From Paraspadella gotoi (lineage: Eukaryota; Animalia; Chaetognatha), in assembly GCA_051294375.1 (NCBI GenBank), contig CM119269.1:4196566-4260565 (forward strand): a stretch of DNA of 64,000 nt. Direction: 5' to 3'. The notes under the pieces were generated by a model. It did not search any database. It had not been told where the DNA came from and worked only from the letters and a program-made list of their open reading frames with translations. Every line of letters begins with the position of its first letter. Position 1 is the stretch's first letter. Of the stretch, positions 35,986 to 50,449 are shown one piece after another. A program made the position numbers and the translations under genes.

Positions 35986-38533
35986 ACGGGGCGCCGTCTG
36001 TGACCACGTCTCGAGAGATATGCCGCCCTTTCGTGGCCTCTTTTGACAAAAGAGCATCGTCCACTGGCCACGCTTTCCGTCACGAAGCGACAGAGAGAAG
36101 ATTATTCGTCGATTATCGTTTAATTATTATTTTAATTATTAATATTATTCCGATGATACGTAGTAGAGCGATCCACACAAGATATTTTGTTTTTCTCTTA
36201 AACTCGTGTTTTTCTTTCTATCTCCCTCTTTCACATCCTCTTTCCGCCTGTAGTGATCCCATTTATTCGTCCTGCCGAAAAAAAAAAAGAAAACAAATTA
36301 GAGGAAAGTTTCTTTTTTCTCTTTCTGTCTCACCCTTTCCCAACTGCCCAGTGCCCAGTGTCCCACTCACCAGTCGTTCAATTGATTTAGAATGAACGAC
36401 TACGAACTATAATGAATGTTCTTCTCGATTCTCAACTTTAAAAACAAACTCGATCCCTTCACAAAAGTTTCCCGCTTTTCGTTTTCTCGTTTCTATATCG
36501 TTTCTTTTTCACGACCCATCATGATTTGTGAGCAGCGATTTTCTTTCTTTCTCGAGTTTAGTTCTTTAGTGTAAAACGACTGCGACGATAACGACGACGA
36601 CGAAGATGACGACGACGAAGATGACGACGACGAAGATGATGACGACCTCCTACGACTAGTAGATAAACTAAAAAAAAAAAAATAACTTCAGTCGTATTTT
36701 CTAATCGACTTTACTTTTCGCGAATGAGTCAAAATAATTTTAAAAAAAAGACTGATCCCATTTATTCAAAACTTAACCAGAAAAGTTCATTTTTTGCTCA
36801 ACTATTTTGTTAATAATATAAACAAAAAGGCATCGAGTGCAGCGATCGAGTCGAAAAAGACTTTCTTTTTTTAAATTCCTTCTCTTCTTCACAGTCGTTG
36901 ATTTAATTCGATCTTTCGATCTTTCTCTTTCCCACCAAAAAAATATACTTCCGCTTTCAAAACAAAAAAACAAAAACAAAAAAAAACAAACAAACAAATG
37001 TAGTGGTGATCGCATGCAATTAGTTGCTAGTCTATTCGTACTGACTCACAACCACAAAAACACAAAAACAAATATATATATACATTAAGAATATCGTTCT
37101 CCCTTTATTTTTCTGCTAATTAGAATGAATTTAATTTTTATTGAAAATAAACCAAATTTGTCGATAAATATATAATCTCGTTTATGAAAACCATAACATG
37201 TTTTCGTTAAAAATTCCGATCGAGCGAATCCGGAAAGGAGCCGAATAAATCAATATTAGACTAAATGCGAATCATAATAAAAAAAAGTTTCTTCGTTCAA
37301 TTATATAAAAAACTTTGTTCAGCCACAGAGCCGCATCAAGAGTTTGAGCTTGTTACTTTTTTCCTTTGCGTCGAAGCTTGTTCTATCTTTTCTTTTTGTT
37401 AAATAATCTAATGTATCGTTTTAGAGTCGTACATGTTAAACTTTATTCAAATGAGAATACATCATGGTTATCTATTTCCGTCCTGTTTATTTAACGAAAT
37501 TATTAGCGAAGAAAAAACTATGTTGAACAAAATAAGTAGCTATCCAACATGAGTTTACTGATTAAAACAAAGTAAGAGTTACAACGACTATAACTCGTTC
37601 GTTCCAGCTCATTACAATTGAGTAAGCTTAACTTTTTTCCGCTATTTACAAACAGCATATGTAATATATATTATATTACCTATTGTATTATATATTTACC
37701 TATGTAACTTTTATTACTGACGACAAAATACAGAAGAGAGAGATGAGAGAGAGAGAGAGACGGAGAGAGATGAGAGAGGGAGAGAGAGGAGAGGATTGAA
37801 TTGATTATTTAAGACGGGCTTGGGAGTTTGTCCCTAAAAGCTACAGAGAGAGAGAGCCCGTCTATGATTCCCCGAGCGCCACTTCCGGTTTCTGGAAAAC
37901 AAACGCGACGAGTTTAGCGTCGAATCCGAACACAAAATCGGAGGAGAACAACGACAAGAACAACAATAACAACGAATCGTTGCTGTTGATTTTCACTGAG
38001 AGACTCGCCAACTGTTTTATCGCCGATCCGACATTTCGCGTCTTTACTCTTTCGCGAGGAACGAAATCACTTTTTGAAGGAAAAAACAAATATTTTGTTC
38101 TCATTTTCATGTCGTCTACGTAAGGTGTCGCGGTCATTTAGGGGTCGTTGACATTTATACGTCAGCCAGTAACGCGATGCAACGAATATTCAATCTCCAT
38201 TCGAGTGTTCATTTTCTTTTTCTCTCTCAATGACATATAAACGATATTTTATATAAACCAATGACATTTCACGACGAGACTTTATTTCGTTTCTGCAGAG
38301 GTTGCTGCTGCGTCATTTCTCTCAGCGTCAATTTGCGCCACGGATTTTTGTTCTCTCTACGCCATCTTGATAGCTTTTTCCGTCGATGATTCGAAGAAAA
38401 AAAAAATAATATGCATTATTTTTTTCTTTTTTTTTCGTTTTATTGATTTAAATTATTCGTCCTCGTTGGAATCAATAATTTCGTTATTATTTTCAGTCTT
38501 ATGGATTCGATAGAAAATTATTTGTGAATTCCT

Positions 38534-38578
<45 letters not shown>

Positions 38579-38657
38579 CTACTCTCTTCCTCTCGTCTCT
38601 CTCTCTCTTTTCCCCCTTCTTCCCTCCCCTCCCTCCCTCTCTCTCTCTCTCTCTGCA

Positions 38658-38704
<47 letters not shown>

Positions 38705-41700
38705 CCTTTCTTCCCCCTCTCTCCCGCCTCCCTTCCTTCCCTTCTACTCTCTCTCTCTTCAAAAAAAAACAAAAGCCTCGTTTCCCGACAAATAACGTTC
38801 TCCTGATTTTTTACGAACCAAAACAAAAAATCAATCTTCAGCCAAAGAGAAAGAAAAAAGAAAAACTCGGCAAAAACTCTGTGGAGAAATTACAGACGAA
38901 AAGGAAAAAAAGAGAAAGAGAGGGCGTATAAGCCGTTGGAGAAGTAATAAAAGTAAAGAAGACGAAAAACAAAAGGCGCATGAATACAAGCTAAAAAAGA
39001 TAAAAAAAATAAAAAACAAAAGGCATATATATAAAGAAAGAAAAGCGAAACACGCGAGAAAGGAGAAAAAAAAAAGATATTCAGTTTCCCTTCTCTTCGC
39101 TTTGTAGAATTTCCGTCCTTCCTCTCCTCTCATTTTTTATTTGGAGCGAGTGAAACAAACCATTACGGCCGCGGTTACATCCTCCGCCGCCGCAGCGGCG
39201 CAGCGTCAGCGGAGGTGGCTGCTTCACCTTGCAGCGCCCCCGCGTCGCGCCCCCGCCGCGCCCCCCTGCTGCACCCACGGAGTCGTTGCCGCGTAAAAGA
39301 TCGTACATCATCGGCAGCTTGCCCGAGTCTTTAGTTTTTCAAGTGGTGAAGGGAAAGAGGAAAGGAGGAAAGTCTCCGCGGAGGAAAATGGAGGAAAAGG
39401 AAAGAGAGAGAGAAAGAAAAAGGGAAAAAAAGGAGGAAAATGAATGGAGGAAAAAATGGGAGGAAAAAAAAAAAGGAAATGTGGGTGATAAATTACGAAT
39501 GAAGGAAAAAGAAAAAAGAAAAAAAAAAGAAAAAGAAAATCGAGAAAATTTGTAGAAAAAGTAAAAAAGTGAAATTGAGTTTAGAGGANNNNNNNNNNNN
39601 NNNNNNNNNNNNNNNNNNNNNNNNNNNNNNNNNNNNNNNNNNNNNNNNNNNNNNNNNNNNNNNNNNNNNNNNNNNNNNNNNNNNNNNNNNNNNNNNNNNN
39701 NNNNNNNNNNNNNNNNNNNNNNNNNNNNNNNNNNNNNNNAAAAAAAAAAGAAAAGGGAAACAAAAAACCGAGAAAAGTAAACGGAATAAAAGTTTATTTA
39801 AAGAAACGAAACAATAAGATAGGCGGCGGGTTTTAGTTAATACGAAGAAGAGAAACTACTGAGCAAAAAAGATCGATAATCAATGGCGCGACTAAAACAT
39901 TTCTCTGTCTTATCATGTATCTTTTCTTTACTTTTCTATCCTTTTATTTTTTCTCTTTACCTTTTATTCTTTCATTTTTTTCTCTTCTTTTTTTTTTTCN
40001 NNNNNNNNNNNNNNNNNNNNNNNNNNNNNNNNNNNNNNNNNNNNNNNNNNNNNNNNNNNNNNNNNNNNNNNNNNNNNNNNNNNNNNNNNNNNNNNNNNNN
40101 NNNNNNNNNNNNNNNNNNNNNNNNNNNNNNNNNNNNNNNNNNNNNNNNNNNNNNNNNNNNNNNNNNNNNNNNNNNNNNNNNNNNNNNNNNNNNNNNNNNN
40201 NNNNNNNNNNNNNNNNNNNNNNNNNNNNNNNNNNTTTGCTTTTCGGTTCGATGTTTCGATGTTTTCATTTTTCTCCCCCCCCTCTACTCTACTGTACGAA
40301 TATTCGTCAAATCGGAAAGAGACAAATTACAAATCGGCCGGCGACGAAGTAATATGGAAATTGAGAGGAAAATTAGAAAATTAATTCGATAAAAAGAAAG
40401 AAAAATGAAAAAAATAGGGGAGAAAAAAATCTCATGAAGGAAGAAAACCGAAAAAAAAGTTGATAGTTGGATGAGGTGGACTGAGGAGGAGGAGGAGGAG
40501 GAAGAAGAGGAGGAGGAGGAGGAGGAAGAGAAGGAGGAAGAAGAGGAGGAAAAAAGGGAGTTCGTTCGTCTGAGGTTGGAAAAGGAATTTCTTCTTTTGA
40601 AAGGAAACGGGAAGAAAATGCAAATAAGAAGAAAAAAAAAGGTTTTTTCTCGCAGTTTTTCTTCTTCTTTTTCTTTTTCTTTTTCTTCTTTTTCTTTCTT
40701 TCTTTTTTTTTTCCTTCTCTTTCTTCTTCTCGATCTTATCCTGAAAGTTGATGAGTAAAAGTCAGAAAAATGTCTGGGAGATACTTTTTCTTCCGGCGCA
40801 GTTTGGATTCTGAAATGGAAAAAAGCATTTTGGCGAGCGAAGTTGAATATGATACGGAAGAAATATGGGCAGGGTCATGGGCCGGATGTGGCCACAAGTC
40901 GTTGTCAGGGGAATTAGGAAATTGGAACAATAAAGTTTACGTTTCATCTTTAATAAACTTAGATTTACAATGAAATACCGTCGTCTCTGCTGTTAAATAA
41001 TAACAAAAATGAAACAAAATGGCGACGATGCTGAAGCTGATAACGAAACAATTAGTCACGAAATAAACGCCACCGCAAAAACGATAAATTGCGAAATAAA
41101 AAAAAAAAAGAAGAAAAAGAAAGAAGTGAAAAAGTGCAGGAAAAGCGGATTGAACAACAGCGGATAAGACAAATTGATGACGATACCGAAGAGAGAAAAA
41201 NNNNNNNNNNNNNNNNNNNNNNNNNNNNNNNNNNNNNNNNNNNNNNNNNNNNNNNNNNNNNNNNNNNNNNNNNNNNNNNNNNNNNNNNNNNNNNNNNNNN
41301 NNNNNNNNNNNNNNNNNNNNNNNNNNNNNNNNNNNNNNNNNNNNNNNNNNNNNNNNNNNNNNNNNNNNNNNNNNNNNNNNNNNNNNNNNNNNNNNNNTTT
41401 TATAAGGTTCAGAAAAGGTTTTATATTGAGACAGATCTGTTTTATAACTAAATTGTTTAAGTTTTTAAACGTTTTTATGGGATCATAATACGGAATTCCT
41501 TCCAACTAAATTTTCGCCAAATTAGATTCTTTTTTTCTCTNNNNNNNNNNNNNNNNNNNNNNNNNNNNNNNNNNNNNNNNNNNNNNNNNNNNNNNNNNNN
41601 NNNNNNNNNNCCTCCCGATCCGCAATCACGATCGTCTCGTAATCAGGTCCGCTGTTAATATCCCCTTAACAGACCATCGCATCCTCATCCATCACTCGGG

Positions 41701-43508
41701 GATCTCCTTTCACTTTTCACTCTCGCTACGTTCCCCTATTTCTCCGCCTCCCCTTTTCCTCCGCCCACCTTTCCTCCGGCCCCCTTTCCTCCGCCCCCCT
41801 TTCCTCCGCCCCCCTTTCCGGTTCTCGCGGTTGATTCATCGTCTTCAGTTTGAAGAGAAGGAGACGTAAAACGAAGGAAAAATGATGATGTATAGAAAAA
41901 GAGGGAAGAAGGGAGGAAAGGAGAGAGAGAATAGGAGGAGGGAGGGAGGGGAAAAAAAAGGAGAAAGAGGAGAAAGACAGAGAAGGAAGGTAGGAAGAAG
42001 AGAAAGCCTCGGGTTCAATAATTTAGGAGAAAGAAAAGAAAGAGAAGAGAAACATAGAAAGATAAACGGAGAAATTTACAAGGAAAATAAGAGAAGAAAA
42101 TGAAACACCAGAGTGAATGTATATTTATTGAATAGGCAAGAAAAGAAAGAGGATATGAGAAAGCAGAAAGGAAAGGCAATGGAGGAAAATAAATTATAAA
42201 AACAAACTTGTAGAAAAGATAAGAAATCGTAGTGAAATGAGGAAATCAAAGACAGAAAACGGAGAAAGAAAAAAAACACAACATGGGAAAAAAAAGAGGA
42301 TGGAGGAAAGCCAATCGGCGGAGGAATCTGGAATCNNNNNNNNNNNNNNNNNNNNNNNNNNNNNNNNNNNNNNNNNNNNNNNNNNNNNNNNNNNNNNNNN
42401 NNNNNNNNNNNNNNNNNNNNNNNNNNNNNNNNNNNNNNNNNNNNNNNNNNNNNNNNNNNNNNNNNNNNNNNNNNNNNNNNNNNNNNNNNNNNNNNNNNNN
42501 NNNNNNNNNNNNNNNNNNNNNNNNNNNNNNNNNNNNNNNNNNNNNNNNNNNNNNNNNNNNNNNNNNNNNNNNNNNNNNNNNNNNNNNNNNNNNNNNNNNN
42601 NNNNNNNNNNNNNNNNNNNNNNNNAAAAGGAGATTAAAAAAATAAAAGGAGAATAAAAAGAAGAATAAATGAATAGAAGAGGAAACAATGAACTGGATGG
42701 CTCTAAGAAACGATATAAATTCGCTTCGCAAGAAATTATAAACATTCGATGTTCTTTTATTCGGAATTTCTCGTCGTAATTCGTTCAGGATCTCCGTCCA
42801 TTTTAGTTCTCGAATTTTCCGCCAGAGATTCGTTTTGTTGTAGTTGCTGTTGATGTCTCGTCGTTATCGTTTTACTTTTTTAAACCCGAATGTCGCCCAT
42901 TTCAAAGTTTCTCTTGTCTCGGTTGGTGACGTATATTTTGTTTTTCAAAAAATATATATATAAATCTAAAAAAGAAAAAAGAAAAAAACACCTAAAGTCT
43001 AAACGAGAAAAAATTCTAATAACTTCTTTTTTCTTCCATCGATTGAATCTGCCAATGAGACAATAAGACGACGAGCCAACGAGCCAATCAAAATCTTCCT
43101 CATGACGGCCTATATTCTCAATGCAATTGTTCAACGAACGGACATAATACAACGAAGCTTTCTCTATAACGTAGAACCTTTATTTCACATCTCATCGGTT
43201 CTAATTCACAGACTGAATCTTTTCAATCTTCACAACCTCACAGCTGATGTTCAGTTTTTCAGTCCACTTCTGTTTCGTCTCTCGTTCGAACTTCTTTTCT
43301 TTTCTCCTCGAGTTGCGCCGTCACGATCTCTCTCTCTCTCTCGCAGAGAGAGAACGAAGTAGATGCTTAGTATTGTCTCTCAAAGAGGAACTAAGGGCGA
43401 CCTAAGTCACGTATTATATTATTTCGTTTGTTTAGTCACACGCTATCTGATTCCAGACGTGCTTTTATAATGGCCTCTATCTCTCTCCTCTCTCTCTCGT
43501 CTCATACT

Positions 43509-43545
<37 letters not shown>

Positions 43546-43745
43546 CTCTCCCTCTCTCTCTCCTCTCCTCTCTCTCTCTCTCTCTCATATCGGTGTTCTT
43601 TTGTGTTTTAGTCGCGGAGCGATTCATTCGAGGCGGAGCGCCAAAACGTCTTTCTCCTTATTTACAACGGTTAAGTCATTGGGCGAACTGACAAGGATAC
43701 GGCTTTCTTTTCTTCTCTCTCTCTCTCTCATCTCACTCCTCTCTC

Positions 43746-43779
<34 letters not shown>

Positions 43780-44669
43780 GCTTTCCCTCCTTTCCTTCCT
43801 TTCTCCTCCTTTCTTCCTCCTANNNNNNNNNNNNNNNNNNNNNNNNNGCGTAAAAATGAAGAACGTAAAAAAGAAAAAGAGAAATAGAGTCGAACGGGAA
43901 ATCCCGTTTATGGTGCAAAGTGATAATAAAGGAGTTTTATGGGCGGACGGAATGAGGCGCGACAAGACCGTAGGAATCCGCGGGACAATGTCACAACAAT
44001 CGCTTACAGTTATGCGGCTGATTCGACACTTGCTTTCGACGAGAGTGGTCGGAGAGTGGTCGGAGAGTGGTCGGAGTTGTATCTCATGTGTGACTCGATG
44101 TGGTGGCTTCGATGAATAAATAAATTACATTTATTGTCACAGAATCAGTGTCAGAATGTCAGTGTCAGAGCTAAAAAAAAAGAGGAAAAAACCTCCGTGT
44201 TTTTTTTTTATATTCTTCACTAAGTGTCGGGAAGAAAAAGAATTTCTCGAAAGGTCAACGATGAAGCCCCAACGACTGCAATTCCGACATTAATTGGCGC
44301 TAAATCGACGATCGAGCTCCGCCTCCGCCGCCTTGACCGCCCCCCCCAACCGCCGCCATCTTGTTTCCTTCACTCCTTTCACCCGAGCCACACCCGCCGT
44401 CTCATTAGCCTCGATTCCGAGATGGGAGAAGTAAGGGGAAGAGGAGCTTGTGAAAAAAAAATCATTACTCACCCAAGCAAGCTAGCAAGCTCACCAGCAA
44501 GCAACCTTTTCTTTATTTCCCTCTTTTCCTTCTGCTTCCTCCTTCTCTTTTCTTTCCATGTCCTCAGCCTCCCAACCGAGAGGAGCCTTTCAGTTCTCGA
44601 GTTTTTGTTTATCGGTTATTGTTTGTTTACTGCTTCGTTGCCAGGTTACGACGCGGCGACGTCGCTCTT

Positions 44670-44725
<56 letters not shown>

Positions 44726-45041
44726 CTCGAGGTTGAGCTCGAAATGAGCCCCGTAATTTAATTTTCACGGGTGGCGCCGTGGCAGAGAGCGCCCGACGCA
44801 AAGACGACTCTTTCCCTTTGCCTAATGAGCGCCACCCATCGTATTTAGGCCAATATTAGCAATGAGCGCCACGCAAATACGCGTCAATTCTCGTCAATAT
44901 TTTATCGCCACGGCAAATCACGCGCAAAAAAATTTCCGTTCCGCATTGAATTCTTTTCGGCCTTAAAATTACGGAGTTTTTGAATATATCAGCATTTTTT
45001 TTTTCTTGTTGTTTGTGTCGCGGATAAATTTATCCAGCAGC

Positions 45042-45615
45042 GCGTCTGCCGCGTCTGCCGCGTCTGGCGCGTCCGCCGCGTCTGCTACGTCCCCTGATTT
45101 CAATTATTCATGGCGTTTTTAATCCCGCTTTCGACCACTTTCGACTGTTCTTCTGTTTACTTTTTTTTTATTCCGCCAGAGCCATTCTCTTTCTCGTTTT
45201 ATCGTATAATTGCCATTTTTCGTTCTCGTTGTCGTCGTCGTTGGCAGCGTCGGGTGGCGTCGTCGTCGTCGTGGTTGTCGTCGTCGTCGACGTCGTCCTC
45301 TCTGGCAGATGACGAAGAGATACAAAGATTGAATTATTTTCCGTTCGACAGACGACAGACGAGGTAGGGAGTACAGGGCGGTCAAAACTTCTTTTCAATA
45401 CGAAGAGTCAAGGTTAAGAGAAAGCCCTCTTCATTTCTTGCCCGCGCGCGCCCTTAAAGGGAGAGGGAGAGAGAGAAGAGAGAGAGAGGTCGGGAAGGGA
45501 ATTGGGAAGGAAAGTTTTTTTTTTTCGAATTATGGACTGGATTATTTGAAGGCAGTTAGAAAGGGAGAGAGGACAACAATGACGAGAGAGTTCCATGATT
45601 AATGTAAGAAGGAAG

Positions 45616-45670
<55 letters not shown>

Positions 45671-46564
45671 AGGAGGAGGGAGGAGAGGGAGAGGAGGAGG
45701 AGAGAGAGAGAGAAAGAAGAGAGAGAGAGGCGTATTCTTATCTTCATTGTCATTGCATGCAGTTTCCCATCCCTCCCCTTCCAATTCGATATAAGTTTGC
45801 AAATGTCTTTTTTCATCCTTGCCCTCTTCCTCCTCCAGTCCTCCTGTTTCAAGACACGCACTCTGGCTTCTTTGTTCACGTTTTTAACCCCTATTTTTTC
45901 CCTTTTTTTATTTTTCTTTTTTTTTTTTTTTCGAGCTGAGAAGGCGTTTTCATTATCTCAGATCGCGAACAGAAGACATGATCGACATCGACAGGACGTT
46001 ACGCACAAAAAGGCAGAAAAGACTGACGGATAATATTAAAGCGTTTTTAAAAATTAACTTGATATAAATCGAGTATTTCTTAATTCTTTTCCTTTTCATT
46101 CCATTTTATTATTCATATTTTTATTTATTCATTGGGATCGGGCAATTCAAAGAAGAATAACGAAATAACATCCAATTTCGTTTGTTAAATTAATTTACCA
46201 AGCGGCAACCGATTTATATTTTCATTTGATTTCGTTTCCGCAAAGTTGCCCTTCTGCGTTTCTCTCTCTCTCTATCTCGTCTCGGCTCCACCTCTCTCCC
46301 GTCCTCTCTCTCCCTCACTCTCTCTCCTCTCTCTCTCTCTCTTTCTTAATCCCGCTCCCTCTCGCATTCTCAAATGCTCCCTCTCCTCGGCAAGCAATTT
46401 TAAAAAAAAAGCTTTAAGACCTCTATGCTCGACTGGAAAAAGGATCATTAGAAAGGCCGTGTCAATAATCTTTTTCTTTCTCATTTCTTTCTTTTCTTGC
46501 TCTCTCTCATCCACTCGCCTTCCTCCTCTCCTACCGCTCTCTCTCTCTCGACGTCGATCGGTCT

Positions 46565-46595
<31 letters not shown>

Positions 46596-47155
46596 GTCTC
46601 TCTCTCTCCTCTCTCCCTCTCTCTCTCGTCGGTTGCGTCGTGAGCGTGAGTCGAATCGAAAAGAAGAAAACGAGCAGACAGTGTCCTCATTTCAAACGCA
46701 CCGACCCGCCGCAACCGGCCGTACCCAGCCGCACCGCCACACCGACAATCAAACGAGGTTCAGGTCAACTCGGATCCGTATNNNNNNNNNNNNNNNNNNN
46801 NNNNNNAGAGAGAGAGAGAGAGAGAGAGAGAGATATTAACAAAAGAATCAACCGATAAAACAAGAGACGAACTCCGGCGACCATCGAGTCGGATATTCTC
46901 TCATCGTTCGATGTTGGGTAACGCGATACTGCGATACTGCGATACTCCGATACTGCGATACTGCGATAATAGATAAAACATATACCGAAGACTTAGAAAG
47001 CGGATGTAGAGTGTATTGAATGGCTATAAAAACCTCTCGCTCTCACTCTCTCGATACTGATGCCTCGTTGAAGGTAACGACGTTCCGCGCCAGTTCGCTC
47101 AGAAAAGTTCCAATAGAGAAGTTCCCATAGAGAAGGTCCCATAGAAAAGTTGCCA
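45042..47155. repeat. Three short minisatellites: 9-bp (ccgcgtctg)x~5 at 45042-45091, 8-bp (gcgatact)x6 at 46924-46969, 14-bp (agaaaagttccaat-like)x4 at 47101-47156
   Basis: Visible directly. Similar small arrays occur at 10070-10123 (34-bp period), 41745-41820 and 44041-44076. Confidence 0.8.
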
Positions 47156-48216
47156 ATGGAAACGTCGCGACACCGAGCTTTATCGAGCGAGAAAAAGGTA
47201 AGTGAAAATCCCAGGGTTACGACGCGGGAACTTACCCGTGGAAGGAGCGGGGGGGGAGAAGGAGGAAGGAGGGAGAAAAATACAATCAAACGATCCGGTT
47301 GGCATAAAGAATGGGATCCAGGGTNNNNNNNNNNNNNNNNNNNNNNNNNNNNNNNNNNNNNNNNNNNNNNNNNNNNNNNNNNNNNNNNNNNNNNNNNNNN
47401 NNNNNNNNNNNNNNNNNNNNNNNNNNNNNNNNNNNNNNNNNNNNNNNNNNNNNNNNNNNNNNNNNNNNNNNNNNNNNNNNNNNNNNNNNNNNNNNNNNNN
47501 NNNNNNNNNNNNNNNNNNNNNNNNNNNNNNNNNNNNNNNNNNNNNNNNNNNNNNNNNGAGAGAGAGAGAGAATCACGCCATACCAACTGCTCCGAGTCAA
47601 TGATTGTTCTAAAGCTAATGAATCCTAAAACAGAGAGAGAGAGCGAGAGAGATAAAAAAAANNNNNNNNNNNNNNNNNNNNNNNNNNNNNNNNNNNNNNN
47701 NNNNNNNNNNNNNNNNNNNNNNNNNNNNNNNNNNNNNNNNNNNNNNNNNNNNNNNNNNNNNNNNNNNNNNNNNNNNNNNNNNNNNNNNNNNNNNNNNNNN
47801 NNNNNNNNNNNNNNNNNNNNTTTTTTTTTATTCTCCGCCCAAGCGACCAGCGAACAAGTTCGACACCTAACGACGACGAGAAAAAGCTTCCGACTCACTT
47901 CACAACATCTAATCTTTTGTTTGTCAGACTCGATGTGGCATTTTCCCTCCTTTCAGCCAAGAGAAAAAATTTTTTTTTCTTTCGCTTTTATAAATTTTTT
48001 TCTTCTGTGCGGGGGCTTGGCGAGCGGAGTTGGTAAAAAGAAAAAAGGGAAAAAGAAAAAAGAAAAATTTCTAATCTTTTTTTCCCTTTTTTTTTCTTTT
48101 TTCCCCTTTTTTTGTCCGATTTTCTTTCCTCTTTTCAGCGACTTTGACTTTGCGTTAATGGACTTTGATTGGACGCCCAAGACTTTGCCATCGGGGATCT
48201 GAAATGAGGAGGATCT

Positions 48217-48253
<37 letters not shown>

Positions 48254-48628
48254 NNNNNNNNNNNNNNNNNNNNNNNNNNNNNNNNNNNNNNNNNNNNNNN
48301 NNNNNNNNNNNNNNNNNNNNNNNNNNNNNNNNNNNNNNNNNNNNNNNNNNNNNNNNNNNNNNNNNNNNNNNNNNNNNNNNNNNNNNNNNNNNNNNNNNNN
48401 NNNNNNNNNNNNNNNNNNNNNNNNNNNNNNNNNNNGGAGAGAGAGAGAGAGAGCTCCCATTTCCATTCCTCGCCTCATAGAAGCGCCATCTCCTGCGCGC
48501 AGCATTGATAAAGAGGCACAGGGCGCTCCTAAATCTCTCTCCGGCTTCCGGCCTCATTGCGCGTCGACCCAAGACGCTTTCCTCCTTCGGTCTCGTTAGG
48601 GGAGTTTTAGAAGGGAAAAGAGAGAGCG

Positions 48629-48729
48629 AGGTGAGTTGAGGTGAGTTTAGGTGAGGTGAGGTGAGGTGAAGCGATCTTTAGTGAGATGAGGTGAGATGAG
48701 GTGAGATGAGGTGAGATGAGGTGAGTGAG
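48629..48729 (+). repeat. (GGTGA/GATGA)n pentanucleotide repeat
   Basis: aggtgagttgaggtgagtttaggtgaggtgaggtgag...gtgagatgaggtgagatgaggtgagatgaggtgagatgaggtgagtgag. Confidence 0.85.
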
Positions 48730-48869
48730 ACCGGGTCATTTAAGTGATCTGAAGTTAGGTGACGCGAAACGCCACGTAAATTAATTGTGAATTTTAAGGT
48801 CACATCAGGAAAACTATTGTGAAAAAGATTCCAAGTGCGACGTTGAGAAAAAAAGATCTAAAGTGAGAA

Positions 48870-48910
48870 ATGGCGTTGGAATTTGAATCACAGTTCACTG
48901 GATACCCAAG
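48870..48910 (+). other. Candidate first coding exon (MALEFESQFTGYP..) of an unidentified gene
   Basis: aaaATGG start context, an open frame, a perfect donor AAG|GTAAGT at 48910/48911, and upstream AG acceptors at 48798 and 48808. Confidence 0.4.
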
Positions 48911-49333
48911 GTAAGTCGTGAGCGACAAGTGGAAATCGAGGAGATGCGAGGTGAGTCGAGATCGCGGAGACTTCAAATCCGAATAGAAAATTCCCAAATG
49001 TCGTCATCGGCAGCGGAAGCGGTTGCAGCGGCGTCGGCAGCGGCGTCGGCAGCGGCGGATATTCGGAGGTCATCGCCATCTTTTCTTTCCTCCTTTTTTT
49101 CCTCCTTTTCTTTCGAACCCAACTTTTCCTCCCTTTCCTCCTTCTATCTCTTCCATTCTCCTTCTCGACGTTTATTCCCTTCAGTCGCTAAGGAGACGTT
49201 TTCTTCATCCCGTTGCTAGGGGCGTTGCTAGGGGCGTTGCCGGGGAGAGAGAGTGCGAGAATTCTCTACATGGCCGTCGCTAAGGTGATGGGCCGGCGAG
49301 GAAAAAAAAGGAGGCCGGTATTTTCGCGGCTTT

Positions 49334-49429
<96 letters not shown>

Positions 49430-50008
49430 TCGTTCTTTTTATTCTTCTTTCTCTCAAGCTTTTTCTTCCAGAATATATACGAAATAACTCAGCGTAGTCT
49501 CTCCAAAACATTCTAGTCTTTTCTCTCCTCTACCGGAAATGATTGACGCTCAATCGTCGGCGTTCTTCGGCGTCAAGCTCCATCGCGCATCCAAAGCGCG
49601 TCGCGTGCACGTGGCGTCGTAACGTGTACGTAACGCCCTCTTTTTTCGCACTCCTCCCCTTCGACGGAGTGCGCGATCGCGTGTCGCCGGAAACGATAAC
49701 CGGGGAATAAAAACGGCGTCATTGGCGAAGGAAACGTGGGGAAAAAAGGCGCCGGGAAACGAAAGGAGCGGCGTGGTGAGAGCTGGTGTCTGAGGGAGGT
49801 GGGTGGGGGATGTGGGAACGTAGACATGAAGACAAAAGACGCAAAAACGGTTTCCCATTTCGAATGCGGAAAACGTTTCTAGGAGAGTGGGCGACAAATA
49901 AAATAGGAGAGAGANNNNNNNNNNNNNNNNNNNNNNNNNGAGCAATTGCACCTTGAGATAAACCCGGTCGGACAGGAGGAGAGAGAGAGAGAGAGAAGAG
50001 AGAAAAGT

Positions 50009-50041
<33 letters not shown>

Positions 50042-50200
50042 CAGAGAGAGAGAGAGAGTTAGAGAGTTTGTATTTCAGAGTCACGGAATTTTCTTCCTCG
50101 TCTCTTCCTTTTTCTCGCATGTGAGACTAGACATTTTCGTGTGGTCAGTCTTCTCTCTCTCTCTTCTCTTCTCTCCTCTTCTCTGTCTCTCTTCCTCTCC

Positions 50201-50258
<58 letters not shown>

Positions 50259-50402
50259 CTCTCCTCTTTCCCTTAACACGCGGCTACTTCGTGTGAAAAT
50301 TGTGCGACAAAAGCTCGTAGTTAATTTATTTACAGAAAGCATGAGAGAGAAGAGGAGAGAGAGAGAAGAGAGTACGAGAGAAAGAGAGAGATAGTTGAGA
50401 GA

Positions 50403-50437
<35 letters not shown>

Positions 50438-50449
50438 TGGCGAGAAGAG

